From assembly GCA_965208905.1 (NCBI GenBank), contig OZ242365.1:960001-1024000 (forward strand): DNA of 64,000 nt, read 5' to 3'. This DNA comes from Nitrosopumilaceae archaeon (GTDB taxonomy: Archaea > Thermoproteota > Nitrososphaeria > Nitrososphaerales > Nitrosopumilaceae). Made by a program: the position numbers and the translations under genes. The notes beneath the pieces were generated by a model. That model saw nothing but the letters and a program-made list of their open reading frames with translations. It had not been told where the DNA came from and made no database searches. Shown one piece after another: positions 30,730-41,000 of the stretch; the first letter of the stretch is position 1, and every line of letters starts with the position of its first letter.

Positions 30730-33246
30730 ATGGAATTTTATGAGCTGTTTAAAAAAGTTAAAGGCTTTTCGCCGTACCCCTGGCAACACAGATTTTATCA
30801 ATCAATAATCGACGGGAAAATTCCGACGTATTTGGACATTCCAACCGGATTAGGCAAAACATCAATAATGCTCATATGGATTATAGCTAAAGCAAAATCG
30901 CTCCAAAACACAAAAATCAGAATTCCGACACGATTGGTGTACATGGTAGATAGACGCGTCATAGTTGATCAAGCTACAGAAGAGGTTAATGACATTATTG
31001 AAAAGACAAAAAATATCCCAGAATTAAAAGACGCGTTAAAAAATTTTAAAGTCAGTAAGATGCGTGGTGGGGGAGGCATGTCGGACAGCAGAGAATGGTT
31101 GTCGCAACCTGAAAATCCGGCAATAATTATAGGGACAATAGATATGATTGGGAGCAGGCTGTTTTTTTCAGGATATGGTGTTAATCACAAATCAAGATCA
31201 TTTCATGCCGGGTTATTGGGTCAGGATTCACTTATAGTGTTAGATGAATCTCACCTGTCACCAGCGATGGTTCGTGCGCTGAAAGATATACGCAACGTCC
31301 AAAGTAAAAAGCTTGAGTTTTTTCCACCAAAAATATTGTTTATGTCTGCAACACAGTCAAATATAGACAGTACTGATAAAATTTTAAAATTAAATGCCGA
31401 GGATTTAAAAGACGAAGAAATAGAAAAAAGATATAATTCAAAAAAAAACATTAGTATAATAAATGTAAAAGATAGAGTGGAGGCTACTATAGAATACTCT
31501 AAAAAAATTCAAGGTAGAATTTTAATTTATCAAAAAAAGCCTAGAGATGTCGAAAAAATCTTTAAAAAATTGGAAACAAATAAACAAAAAGCCATCATGC
31601 TCACTGGAACACTACGGGGATATGAACGAGATAGTTTGGTAGAAAATGAGGTATGGAAGGCGTTTGTATCAAAAGACCACAATAAAGATGAGTCCAAGTT
31701 TTTGGTGTCCACATCTGCAGGAGAGGTAGGAGTGGATTTAGATGCAGATCATATGATTTGTGATATTACTACATTTGATTCCTTTGTTCAAAGGTTAGGA
31801 AGAGTAAATCGGTCAGGGGGGAGGGATTCAAAAGTTTTTGTGCTGTATTCTGATGACGACTTCAAAAAATCAAAAATATTAGAGCAGTTGGAAAAGACGA
31901 GAGATATGTTAAAAAACCTAGCAGCAGACAAAGGATATAATGCAAGCCCTGCCAATCTTGCTAAAATAGATCCTAAAAAAATATACAAAGCATTCTCTCC
32001 GCCTCCAGAAACCCAACCACTTACAACGGACATATTGGAAATGTGGGCCTTGACATCAATTGCACAATATACGTCACGCCCAAACGTCAGTTATTGGTTA
32101 CGTGGGAAGGACGACATCAACCCGTCGGAGACACAAATAGCATGGCGAGACGATGTGGAGTACTTGGCCAGAGTTGAACCCGAGCGAATACAGGATCTTT
32201 TAGAGTTGTATAGAATTTTACCACATGAAACTGCGCGGGAACATTCCAATACAGTATATGAATTATTAAAAAACCTAACGGACAAAATTGCTATGGCAAT
32301 AATAATCAAGTCGAATGGAAAATGTCTGGTGGAAAAAATCCAAGACATTGAGGAGGACGACATAAAGTTTTCAACCATTATACTACCTTGCCGTGTGGGT
32401 GGGCTAGATTCAAACGGATTTGTGACCAACACGGGCAGAAAAGTATCTGATGTTGCAGATGATAAGACATATCAAAAAAGAGTTCGAATAATAGTCGTAC
32501 ATCATGCGGACGGCTCTGCCCGTGTCATTAAAAATATTTCTGGTGCTAAAATAGACGATGACTTGACTGAGTGGCAAAAAAAGAATTCAGGAATGCACAT
32601 TTTAGAACGTATTCCGATAAGCGATCCCGAGGACGAAGGGGAATCTTGTGAAATTCAATATTGGATAAAAAAACCAGAACTACAAATAGCAAAATCTAAC
32701 AAAGAGCAAACATTACAGGAACACCACGAAAAAACGGAGAAAGTTTGTAAAAAAATTCTTAAAACGTTATCATTACCAGAACCAATAAAAGAAGCTATAA
32801 TGCTGGCAACAAGGTTTCATGATATTGGCAAATCCAGGAATTATTGGCAGAGTTGCATGCATGTTAGTGAAGACAAGCGCCCGTTAGCAAAAACCAATTT
32901 TAAAACAGTTCCACTAAATATGTATGGGTTTAGACATGAATTTGCATCAGTTATTGATTGTATGGATCACAAGAAAATACCAGAGCATAATGAAATAGAT
33001 CTCATATTACATCTGATAGCGGCGCACCATGGGTGGGCAAGGCCATGCTTTTTACCAGAAGTATTAAATCATGAGGGCGGCCCTCAAAACAATATTTCAG
33101 AAAGAGGTAAAGATGTCTTTGTGGATGTAATGAGACGCTATCATAAATTACAAAAAAGATTTGGCATATGGGGGTTAGCATATTTAGAAGGCTTGATGCG
33201 CGGTTCGGATTGGCAGGCATCAGACCTTAGCGGTGAAAGTACATGA
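30730..33246 (+). CDS. cas3: Cas3 helicase/nuclease, type I-G (C-terminal HD domain)
   Basis: PYPWQ, PTGLGKT, VDRRVIVDQ, DESH, QRLGRVNR; C-terminal FHDIGK, FRHE, AAHHG. Confidence 0.96.
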   Translation: MEFYELFKKVKGFSPYPWQHRFYQSIIDGKIPTYLDIPTGLGKTSIMLIWIIAKAKSLQNTKIRIPTRLVYMVDRRVIVDQATEEVNDIIEKTKNIPELKDALKNFKVSKMRGGGGMSDSREWLSQPENPAIIIGTIDMIGSRLFFSGYGVNHKSRSFHAGLLGQDSLIVLDESHLSPAMVRALKDIRNVQSKKLEFFPPKILFMSATQSNIDSTDKILKLNAEDLKDEEIEKRYNSKKNISIINVKDRVEATIEYSKKIQGRILIYQKKPRDVEKIFKKLETNKQKAIMLTGTLRGYERDSLVENEVWKAFVSKDHNKDESKFLVSTSAGEVGVDLDADHMICDITTFDSFVQRLGRVNRSGGRDSKVFVLYSDDDFKKSKILEQLEKTRDMLKNLAADKGYNASPANLAKIDPKKIYKAFSPPPETQPLTTDILEMWALTSIAQYTSRPNVSYWLRGKDDINPSETQIAWRDDVEYLARVEPERIQDLLELYRILPHETAREHSNTVYELLKNLTDKIAMAIIIKSNGKCLVEKIQDIEEDDIKFSTIILPCRVGGLDSNGFVTNTGRKVSDVADDKTYQKRVRIIVVHHADGSARVIKNISGAKIDDDLTEWQKKNSGMHILERIPISDPEDEGESCEIQYWIKKPELQIAKSNKEQTLQEHHEKTEKVCKKILKTLSLPEPIKEAIMLATRFHDIGKSRNYWQSCMHVSEDKRPLAKTNFKTVPLNMYGFRHEFASVIDCMDHKKIPEHNEIDLILHLIAAHHGWARPCFLPEVLNHEGGPQNNISERGKDVFVDVMRRYHKLQKRFGIWGLAYLEGLMRGSDWQASDLSGEST

Positions 33247-33974
33247 AAAGCCAATCTGTAAAAATCGATCAAAAAAACCCTGGACATTTTTTTACATGCT
33301 GTGGAATTCTGTATTGTGCAGATAGGATGTTCAAGGAGGCATACGGACATTTTAAAGAGGAACAGTTCGTTCTAAGTGCAGAATGTTACGAAAAACCCCT
33401 AAACGGCATATTACGAAACTTTCAACAATGCCAGTCTGAGACCATAATAGAACCTGATGGTGATAATTCTGACGCGCCACTATGCTTGAAAAGCATTCCA
33501 ACTAGGCTTGACTTTTACAGTCATTTTGACAATAGACCCAAGATCAAGCTATTTGCAGGACAAGAAAAAATCATGGACATTATAATGCGTTGGTTTACCT
33601 ATATAAAAAAATGGGACGGTAGGAACATAATCACACTACAAGATCTGGAAGAGATGAACGTGTCATCTGGGTTTGACACACACACATCGTGGAATTCACT
33701 AGACGTTGGCTTTTCGCTTAATCAACAAAAGATGCAACGACGTTCATATCCGCTGGTAGAATTTTTTGCGCATGTTGGGGCTCAGACATATAGTTGGAGT
33801 AAAAATGGGAATACATTCCAATACCAGATGTGGAACACTCCGCTTCCACTTGCGGTTGCAAGAGCAGTTGGAGCTGGTGCGATAAAGATGTCTAATACAA
33901 AATGTTTTCAATTTAAAGCAGAAAAATCAGGTCAGAAACAAGTTTTAAATAGTTCATACGAAGTGAGTGGATAG
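33243..33974 (+). CDS. csb3: Type I-G small Cas8 (Cas8g2/Csb3-like)
   Basis: N-terminal D..NPG.FF.CCG.L, K.FAGQ, LDVGFS.N, P.VEF.A..G; located between cas3 and csb1. Confidence 0.8.
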   Translation: MKSQSVKIDQKNPGHFFTCCGILYCADRMFKEAYGHFKEEQFVLSAECYEKPLNGILRNFQQCQSETIIEPDGDNSDAPLCLKSIPTRLDFYSHFDNRPKIKLFAGQEKIMDIIMRWFTYIKKWDGRNIITLQDLEEMNVSSGFDTHTSWNSLDVGFSLNQQKMQRRSYPLVEFFAHVGAQTYSWSKNGNTFQYQMWNTPLPLAVARAVGAGAIKMSNTKCFQFKAEKSGQKQVLNSSYEVSG

Positions 33975-33975
33975 C

Positions 33976-35016
33976 ATGGTTACTGATAAGGATATTAATG
34001 CATGGATAGACGGTAATGCTTCAGCCCTTGTTTTGCGAGAATATCTCAAACCAGTGGAGGGGGATCAGACGCCATTTTTTCCTCCTACATTTGCAGGAAC
34101 AGGTCAGGACGGAAGCGATTATTGCATAGACACTATGCGTGACGGAACTATGGTATGTTTGGTTGACACAGTAGGATCTCAGGCAAATCGGATGGAACCC
34201 GTATTTACACAGCAGCCATACGATGCACTCATTCCACAAATTACAATAAAGGCCCATAACGAAACAATAAATCTATGTGAGGTGGGGCACAGAGTTGCTG
34301 ATGCATTCTTGAAGAATTCTTCAATAAGCGATCTAATTGACAGTGCTTTAAATGCTCTGAAAAAAGAAAAGGATGCAACTAAATTGGCCAAGGTGGCACC
34401 CACTTCATTGGTCTTTGGAGTATGGGATTCTCGGAATACTCAGGTGAAAATGCCAAGAATTATCTCATCAGTGATAAGAGCTTATGACGTTGATGTTCTA
34501 AGTAGATCAGCGCAATACTTCCCTCCTGTAAATTATAGAGAAGAAAATATACTTGGCGAGAGCAAGGATAAGAAAGAAACCAATGCGCGTTCTGAACTTG
34601 GCTACAACGAGATCCCATCAACAAACACACACGGTGGAATAATTTCACATGGCCCCATACAAAGAGACACTGTTGTAAATTTTGCGGCGTTACGAAAGAT
34701 CAGGGCATCTGATGAAATCCAAACCAAGACATTGCAGGCATACATCCTAGGCCTCACACTTGTTGCCGCATTATCTATCCGGGAGTGGAATCTCAGGCAA
34801 GGTTGCTTGTTGACAATAGATCCGGACAGAGAAAAGCCCACTTGGAATTTAGTGTACCCTAACGGTGATCGAAATAAGGTCGATTTGAGCCAAAAAACCG
34901 TTCTCAAATATGCACAAGATGTTGCTAACAGATTCGGTATCGGTGAAAACAAAAAGGCCTCATTTGAGACAGAAAAGGCAAGTAAAGCTATAAAGGAAAA
35001 GATAAAAAAGAAATAA
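33976..35016 (+). CDS. csb1: Cas7 backbone protein Csb1 (Cas7g)
   Basis: FPPTFA, DTVGSQANRME, HRVADA, PTSLVFGVWDSR, LRQGCLL. Confidence 0.95.
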   Translation: MVTDKDINAWIDGNASALVLREYLKPVEGDQTPFFPPTFAGTGQDGSDYCIDTMRDGTMVCLVDTVGSQANRMEPVFTQQPYDALIPQITIKAHNETINLCEVGHRVADAFLKNSSISDLIDSALNALKKEKDATKLAKVAPTSLVFGVWDSRNTQVKMPRIISSVIRAYDVDVLSRSAQYFPPVNYREENILGESKDKKETNARSELGYNEIPSTNTHGGIISHGPIQRDTVVNFAALRKIRASDEIQTKTLQAYILGLTLVAALSIREWNLRQGCLLTIDPDREKPTWNLVYPNGDRNKVDLSQKTVLKYAQDVANRFGIGENKKASFETEKASKAIKEKIKKK

Positions 35017-35025
35017 TAACTGCAA

Positions 35026-37086
35026 ATGTTGCGACAAGACACATTCAAACATCAGAACAAGTCGCCACATCTGGTTTTACGGGTTCGTTTTTTATTAAAC
35101 AGATATCATGGGAGTGAATATCCTCCATCCCCACGCAGGCTATTCTTAGCATTTGTATCTGCACTATACCAAAGTACATACCTGCGCATAAACGAAGACG
35201 CTGGAGAAGAAGCACTACATTTTCTAGAAAAACTACAACCGCCAACAATTCATGCGCCGTATCACCGCGGTTGTAAATACACCATATTTGTACCAAATAA
35301 CGACATGGACGTCATAAGTAAAAATTATGCTAGGGGGAAAGGATCGAATTATGATCCGAAGAAACTTACTTCGGGCAAAAAAATGAATCCGCACATAGTT
35401 GACATGATACAGTATTCTTGGAAGATTGGAAATGATAGCAGGAGTGAAAAATACGTACGTGTGTTGTCTCAACTGGCGCAGGAGATACCAGTGTTAGGCC
35501 TAGGCATAGATCCAGTATCTGTACACGGTGATATTGTAGATGGCACACCCTATCTGCAAAATGTAGAACAATATGTGGCAGATGAAAATACGGGTGAAAT
35601 GAGAATACAAGTTCCACAGCCCGGGCTTTTAGAAGATGCCAAGAGACATCACCATGAGTTTTTGAACAGAATTGATGGAGATCTGTTTCGTAAACCAGCA
35701 CCCATAACGAAATATCGTGAACAGAGATACAGTAAGCACAAGCAGCTTACAAAGATAATCGTTTTTAAGGTAACAAACAGTGATGCCAAGCTACGCCTCA
35801 TACCAAACAATAACCTGCCCACCCTTATCAAAAAATTCAGAGATAAAATGGGCTTAAAAGACAGTCAATCGATTAAAACTGTCGCGCTTCCAAGCATAGG
35901 GAGCAAGTACGCAGATGCAAGAGTACGCAGAATTGCAATCATTATGCCCCCCAATAATACTGGAGCTGGTGATGACTTGCATCGTAGACTTCGTATACAA
36001 AAACTTCATGTCGGTGGGGAGAATTACGATATAGAACCAATTCAAGACACGGATGGCGTTTATAGATTTTATGACCGGCCATCTAAATTATGGCGTACTG
36101 TTACGCCAGTAGATTTGAAACTCCCAAAACATTTCACGCGGCAAGATGTCACGCAAAATATCTTAGATCTCCTGCGTGTTGAAAACATTAGTGAACATGT
36201 GACCTTTATAAATTTCAGAAAAGAGCCGTATTGGAACGGACTTGCAAAGTCGTACAGTGACACTTCACTACATGTTGAGTTGGAATTTAAGATGCGTGTC
36301 AAAGGACCTTTTCTCATAGGGCAAAACCAGCATTTAGGGAACGGATTGTTTGCGCCATCAAATATGCCGAAGGTGGCATATTTTACGATCCTTGGAGAAA
36401 AACCCCGAATAGAAAAGACCATGCACGTAGCTACCCTGATGCGCAAATCAGTCATGTCCAGGATTGGAAAGGCGTTTGGCGATGAAGCAATTCCGTCATA
36501 CATATCCGGTCATGATGGCCATGGCAGAGCCTTGCGTGACAATCATAAACAGGCGTTTTGGCTACCAGTAGACACTGATCATGACGGGTTTATTGACAAC
36601 ATAGCCGTATTTGTGAAAGATGGGTTTGATAAAAGCATACAAAATTCGTTCTACGGAATAAGAGAGTTGAACAACGGTAATGACTTAAAACTTGATGTGT
36701 CTTTTAGAGGGTTTTACAGCAGAGAAGATATTGAAAAGAAGTGTGATTTGTTCAGTAAACAAAATAGCTGGAGATCAGGTACTCCGTATTTTATGCCATG
36801 GCACGAAAAGAAAAAATTTGGAAGAAATGAACAGATTGAGAAAGAGTGCAAGATGCGCGGTTTTGATTATGTTGGTGCTGGAGATTACATCATTAATCTT
36901 AACAAAAAACCAATTCAAATCAATAGGTTTTATAGCAGACATAACAAATTAAAGCCCATTAACCATCTTGGAAGCGCGTTAAAGATACACTTCAGCAATC
37001 CAACCAGAGGGCCCATATCCTTAGGGTTTGGTGCTCATTTTGGACTAGGAATGTTCATTCCCGACAATAACTTGGCCAGATCATAA
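35026..37086 (+). CDS. csb2: Csb2 (Cas5-Cas6 fusion), long form with two Cas6-like modules
   Basis: YHG.EYPPSP.RLF.A N-terminus, FVPNND; two G-rich loops GQNQHLGNGLF and GFGAHFGLGMF. Confidence 0.92.
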   Translation: MLRQDTFKHQNKSPHLVLRVRFLLNRYHGSEYPPSPRRLFLAFVSALYQSTYLRINEDAGEEALHFLEKLQPPTIHAPYHRGCKYTIFVPNNDMDVISKNYARGKGSNYDPKKLTSGKKMNPHIVDMIQYSWKIGNDSRSEKYVRVLSQLAQEIPVLGLGIDPVSVHGDIVDGTPYLQNVEQYVADENTGEMRIQVPQPGLLEDAKRHHHEFLNRIDGDLFRKPAPITKYREQRYSKHKQLTKIIVFKVTNSDAKLRLIPNNNLPTLIKKFRDKMGLKDSQSIKTVALPSIGSKYADARVRRIAIIMPPNNTGAGDDLHRRLRIQKLHVGGENYDIEPIQDTDGVYRFYDRPSKLWRTVTPVDLKLPKHFTRQDVTQNILDLLRVENISEHVTFINFRKEPYWNGLAKSYSDTSLHVELEFKMRVKGPFLIGQNQHLGNGLFAPSNMPKVAYFTILGEKPRIEKTMHVATLMRKSVMSRIGKAFGDEAIPSYISGHDGHGRALRDNHKQAFWLPVDTDHDGFIDNIAVFVKDGFDKSIQNSFYGIRELNNGNDLKLDVSFRGFYSREDIEKKCDLFSKQNSWRSGTPYFMPWHEKKKFGRNEQIEKECKMRGFDYVGAGDYIINLNKKPIQINRFYSRHNKLKPINHLGSALKIHFSNPTRGPISLGFGAHFGLGMFIPDNNLARS

Positions 37087-37345
37087 GATAACTGCCGACT
37101 TTACAAAAAGGGTTACGTACTACCATAACATCTCTGCGACTATCCTGCCTCTGGGCCGCCTCCTTGGCATTCCCTATCAGCAAGAAAACTGCCGAGATGC
37201 TCCTTTATCGCATAGATCCTGGCAAGAGTCCAAAATACTTGAATCAACAATGATGAATCCACACCGGGATGCCACTTTATCAAATAGTCCTAGCAAGAAG
37301 CGATATGAGCTGTATTGGATATCCAAAAAGTTACACCTAGCTAAT

Positions 37346-37367
37346 AAATTTAGCCTAGGCTAAATTT
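37346..37367. promoter_or_regulatory. Perfect 22-bp palindrome, DtxR/MntR-family-like operator
   Basis: AAATTTAGCCTAGGCTAAATTT abutting TATA-like TTTATA upstream of the multicopper oxidase-ZIP operon. Confidence 0.7.
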
Positions 37368-37396
37368 TATATACCCATACACCACACACAGAATCA

Positions 37397-38410
37397 TTGA
37401 ATATATCCCGCACCCATCTGATGGCCGCATCCATAGGAGTGTCGTTTGTCATATTTGCCCTTCTTATAACGCCACATAGTTCTACTGCAGTAACTGAGCA
37501 AACATTTGTTACTCATTCAGGCGCCGTAATAAGTACCACCGGCGAGGTACTAGACCCACTATACACAGAAGCGACATTTGAGTTTGACCCAGACAAGTTC
37601 TTGCGCAACTTTGAGTATGGCCGCGTAACCATACAGCCGGATGGCACCACCCTACGCGAATACACTATAATAGCTCAGGATGACCAGATACAAGAGATAT
37701 CGCCCGGCGTATTCTATAACGTGTGGACCTATAATGGGACTGTACCTGGCCCAACCATACGTGCTACCGAGGGCGATACAGTACGAATACACTTTATCAA
37801 TCAGGGCTCAAAACAACACACCATGCACTTTCACGGCATACATCCTGCAGAGATGGATGGCGTCTTTGAGATTGTAGGTCCCAACGGTGGGCAGTTCACA
37901 TACGAGTTTGAGGCCGGACCCGTCGGAGTCCACCCGTACCACTGCCATGTTATGCCCCTTGAAGAGCATATAATACATGGACTGTATGGTGTCTTTATTG
38001 TAGACCCTATACAAGGCAGGCCAGCTGCAGATGAGATGGTCATGGTACTGAACGGCTTTGATACTGACTTTGATGGCGAGAACAACTTTTATGCTGCAAA
38101 TACCATCCCCTTCTATTACCAACATCACCCAATACAGATATCACTAAATCAACTAATACGAATATACGCAGTAAACATGGTGGAGTTTGATCCCATAAAC
38201 AACTTTCACCTACACGGAAACCTATACCACTACTACCCCACAGGTACTGATACTGTTCCATCCACATACACAGACATGATCACGCTATCCCAGACTGAGC
38301 GTGGGATACTAGAATTCTACTACTCCTATCCGGGCCAGTATGTATTTCACGCACACAAAGTAGAGTTCTCTGAGAAGGGCTGGGTTGGAACATTTCTGGT
38401 CTTAGATTGA
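37397..38410 (+). CDS. Two-domain multicopper oxidase
   Basis: HTMHFHG, YHCH...HIIHGL, FHLHG, FHAH; N-terminal membrane/signal segment. Confidence 0.92.
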   Translation: MNISRTHLMAASIGVSFVIFALLITPHSSTAVTEQTFVTHSGAVISTTGEVLDPLYTEATFEFDPDKFLRNFEYGRVTIQPDGTTLREYTIIAQDDQIQEISPGVFYNVWTYNGTVPGPTIRATEGDTVRIHFINQGSKQHTMHFHGIHPAEMDGVFEIVGPNGGQFTYEFEAGPVGVHPYHCHVMPLEEHIIHGLYGVFIVDPIQGRPAADEMVMVLNGFDTDFDGENNFYAANTIPFYYQHHPIQISLNQLIRIYAVNMVEFDPINNFHLHGNLYHYYPTGTDTVPSTYTDMITLSQTERGILEFYYSYPGQYVFHAHKVEFSEKGWVGTFLVLD

Positions 38411-39540
38411 GCCCTAAAACACTGGCAGGCGCCATCATACCATTCATACTGATTACCATACTTGTCATATACATAACAGGCCCCGGCTCAGACTATATCA
38501 TAATAGGTACACCACTACCTGAAGTGACACTAGAACGTATAGATTTTGTAGAGAATGAAATACAAGTTACCATACGAAATACAGGCCCAATACCCGTACA
38601 GGTAGTCCAAGCAGACGTAAATGACAGAATACAACCATCTGCTATAGAACCTGATGGAAGTTTAGAACGGTTCGAGACAGCATTGGTTCGCATACCATTC
38701 TTCTGGAATGAAGCCGAACCATACAATCTAGGCATAACCATACATGATGGTACGCGCTTTGAGAGGGAAGTAGCTGCTGCCTCGCCAGCCGTCACACCCG
38801 ACATTCAGACAACGACAAAATTTGCACTGGCAGGCGTATACATAGGTGTAATACCTGTATTCATAGGACTATTGTGGCTGCCCTTCATACGAAAATTAGA
38901 CTCTAAAAAATTGGGATTTTTTCTGGCCATCACAGTGGGCCTCTTGATATTTTTGGGAATTGATGCCATACAAGAGGCCCTTGAGGTATCAAAAGAATCT
39001 CTGGCAGGCTCCATCAACGGACCATTACTGATACTGGTTGCAGCATCGGGCGCATTTCTTGTATTGCAGTATATATCCGGACGATTCTCATCACATCGCA
39101 CAAAGATAACGGCAGCCATTCTAGTCTCCATCGGTATAGGTTTACACAACTTTGGTGAAGGGTTGGCGTTGGGGGCCGCGCTAAATTTAGGCTCGGTCGC
39201 ATTCTCTGCATCTTTGATGGTCGGCTTTGCCATACACAACACCACCGAAGGAGTGGCCATAGCCTCACCACTATCCAGACAAAAGAACATACTGCCAAAA
39301 TTAATCATATTAGGCATGGTGGCAGGCGCTCCAGCCATACTTGGCACATGGGCCGGCGGCTTTGCATACTCGCCCATTTTTATAGTAGCATTTTTGGCGG
39401 CGGGGGCTGGCGCAATATTTCAGGTTGCAATCGCAATATCTCAATGGATGTTAAAAGATAACACATATCACTCATATCAGATATGTGGAGGCATATTCTT
39501 GGGTATGATAATCATGTATGCAACTGGTATACTGGCATAG
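38407..39540 (+). CDS. ZIP family divalent metal transporter
   Basis: GLHNFGEGLALG and HNTTEG signature helices, multiple TM segments. Confidence 0.93.
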   Translation: MSPKTLAGAIIPFILITILVIYITGPGSDYIIIGTPLPEVTLERIDFVENEIQVTIRNTGPIPVQVVQADVNDRIQPSAIEPDGSLERFETALVRIPFFWNEAEPYNLGITIHDGTRFEREVAAASPAVTPDIQTTTKFALAGVYIGVIPVFIGLLWLPFIRKLDSKKLGFFLAITVGLLIFLGIDAIQEALEVSKESLAGSINGPLLILVAASGAFLVLQYISGRFSSHRTKITAAILVSIGIGLHNFGEGLALGAALNLGSVAFSASLMVGFAIHNTTEGVAIASPLSRQKNILPKLIILGMVAGAPAILGTWAGGFAYSPIFIVAFLAAGAGAIFQVAIAISQWMLKDNTYHSYQICGGIFLGMIIMYATGILA

Positions 39541-40124
39541 GTTCCTCCCGCAAGGACGGGTGTTGGTTGATGTGTGTTGGATAATGTTAAATACGTAATT
39601 AAACCGTACTGTATAGTGGCATCAGTAAAAAATAGCAGGGCAGTAACACGTCCATACGCAAAAAATTTGGGCATGCAACACGTGTTTGAGCATGGCAGAA
39701 GGATGGGAAGTTTGGACGCAGCTTACGTCGCAGATTACATTCTGCCATGATGCGAAAGGCATCGGATTTAATTTATGAAAAGTCCCAATTTTTGGGAGTG
39801 GAGGCACTACATATGCGTCCACACAACACATCCAAGTTGTGTGCTGCATGCAGAACCATATTAACTGGAACTTATCATAAAAAAGACTGCACCCACTGCC
39901 GTACAGTTGGCGTAGATCGTGACGTCAACGCAGTGGAGAACATACGGCGAACAAGCGCCGTATCCCGATATGGTTCGTAAGGTTTCGGCCAGTCTGGGCG
40001 AAGTCCGTCGTGGTGTGGATGTAATACTCGATCCCACACCACTCATACAGGGTTGCTGGAGCAACTGGGCCGACAGACTATCCCGCGTGGTGATGTGACA
40101 TCACCCGACTTTGCGGGAGGAACC
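39540..40124 (+). mobile_element. TIR/TSD-bounded non-autonomous element B with internally deleted tnpB
   Basis: Perfect 14-bp TIRs GGTTCCTCCCGCAA (39540-39553) and TTGCGGGAGGAACC (40111-40124); perfect 8-bp TSD CTGGCATA (39532-39539, 40125-40132). Confidence 0.92.
39617..39980 (+). pseudogene. tnpB: tnpB remnant (C-terminal zinc finger plus RuvC-III)
   Basis: PHNTSKLCAAC...CTHC...DRDVNAVENI; most of the gene missing; short out-of-frame N-terminal stub. Confidence 0.85.
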
Positions 40125-40175
40125 CTGGCATAGAATCATGTTTTAATTATATCATATAATCACGTATAGTATAAC

Positions 40176-40973
40176 ATGATAGATACTACCACCAAATTAA
40201 ATGATCATACAGTAAGATATCTGGATTCAAACTCAAACAAACAACCTGTTATACTACTACATGGCCTTGGTGGCTGCTCTGACAAATGGAAGTCTGTCAT
40301 AGATATACTATCTGCATCGTATCGTGTAATCGCACCAGACATCATAGGATATGGCCAAAGTGACAAACCTGTCGTAAACTACACTCCCACATACATGGTA
40401 TCGTTTGTAAAAAAGTTCATTACAGCAATAGATATTGAAAATCCACACATAGTGGGCGCCTCTCTAGGTGGGCAGGTGGCAGTACAATTTGCCGCCCGAT
40501 ATAAACAGTACATGTCAAAATTAGTATTGGTATCTCCTGCCGGCATAATGAAGCGCTCAACTCCTGCCTTGGATCAATATATTATGGCTGCATTATATCC
40601 CCGCGAAAGCAGTGTATCTCACGCCCTGCAACTTATGGAGGGTAGTGAAAGACCGCCATCTCAAACACTCATTCGACTATTCATGACTAACATGAAGCGT
40701 CCCAATGCAAAGATGGCTTTTATGTCTTCACTACTCTGCTTTAAAAATTCCAATACAATACACAGACACCTAAAGAAGGTAACGACTTCCACCTTGCTGG
40801 TATGGGGGGACGATGATCCTATAATCCCAGTATCATATGCTGGCAAGTTTACATCCGTACTACCAAACTGTACATTTACAACAATCCCTAATTGCGGCCA
40901 CACACCCTACGTTCAATATCCAGAACACTTCTGCAAGATACTCTCTGACTTTTTTGCCACACAAAAACACTAA
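40176..40973 (+). CDS. Alpha/beta hydrolase
   Basis: LLHGLGG, GASLGG nucleophile elbow, WGDDD, GHTP. Confidence 0.93.
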   Translation: MIDTTTKLNDHTVRYLDSNSNKQPVILLHGLGGCSDKWKSVIDILSASYRVIAPDIIGYGQSDKPVVNYTPTYMVSFVKKFITAIDIENPHIVGASLGGQVAVQFAARYKQYMSKLVLVSPAGIMKRSTPALDQYIMAALYPRESSVSHALQLMEGSERPPSQTLIRLFMTNMKRPNAKMAFMSSLLCFKNSNTIHRHLKKVTTSTLLVWGDDDPIIPVSYAGKFTSVLPNCTFTTIPNCGHTPYVQYPEHFCKILSDFFATQKH

Positions 40974-41000
40974 TTTGGCCACATTACAACATCTAAACAC

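Noticed and set aside
37087-37320. Possible att site or IS end bounding the CRISPR island
   Set aside because: No convincing direct or inverted repeat shared with the left flank (18856-19091).
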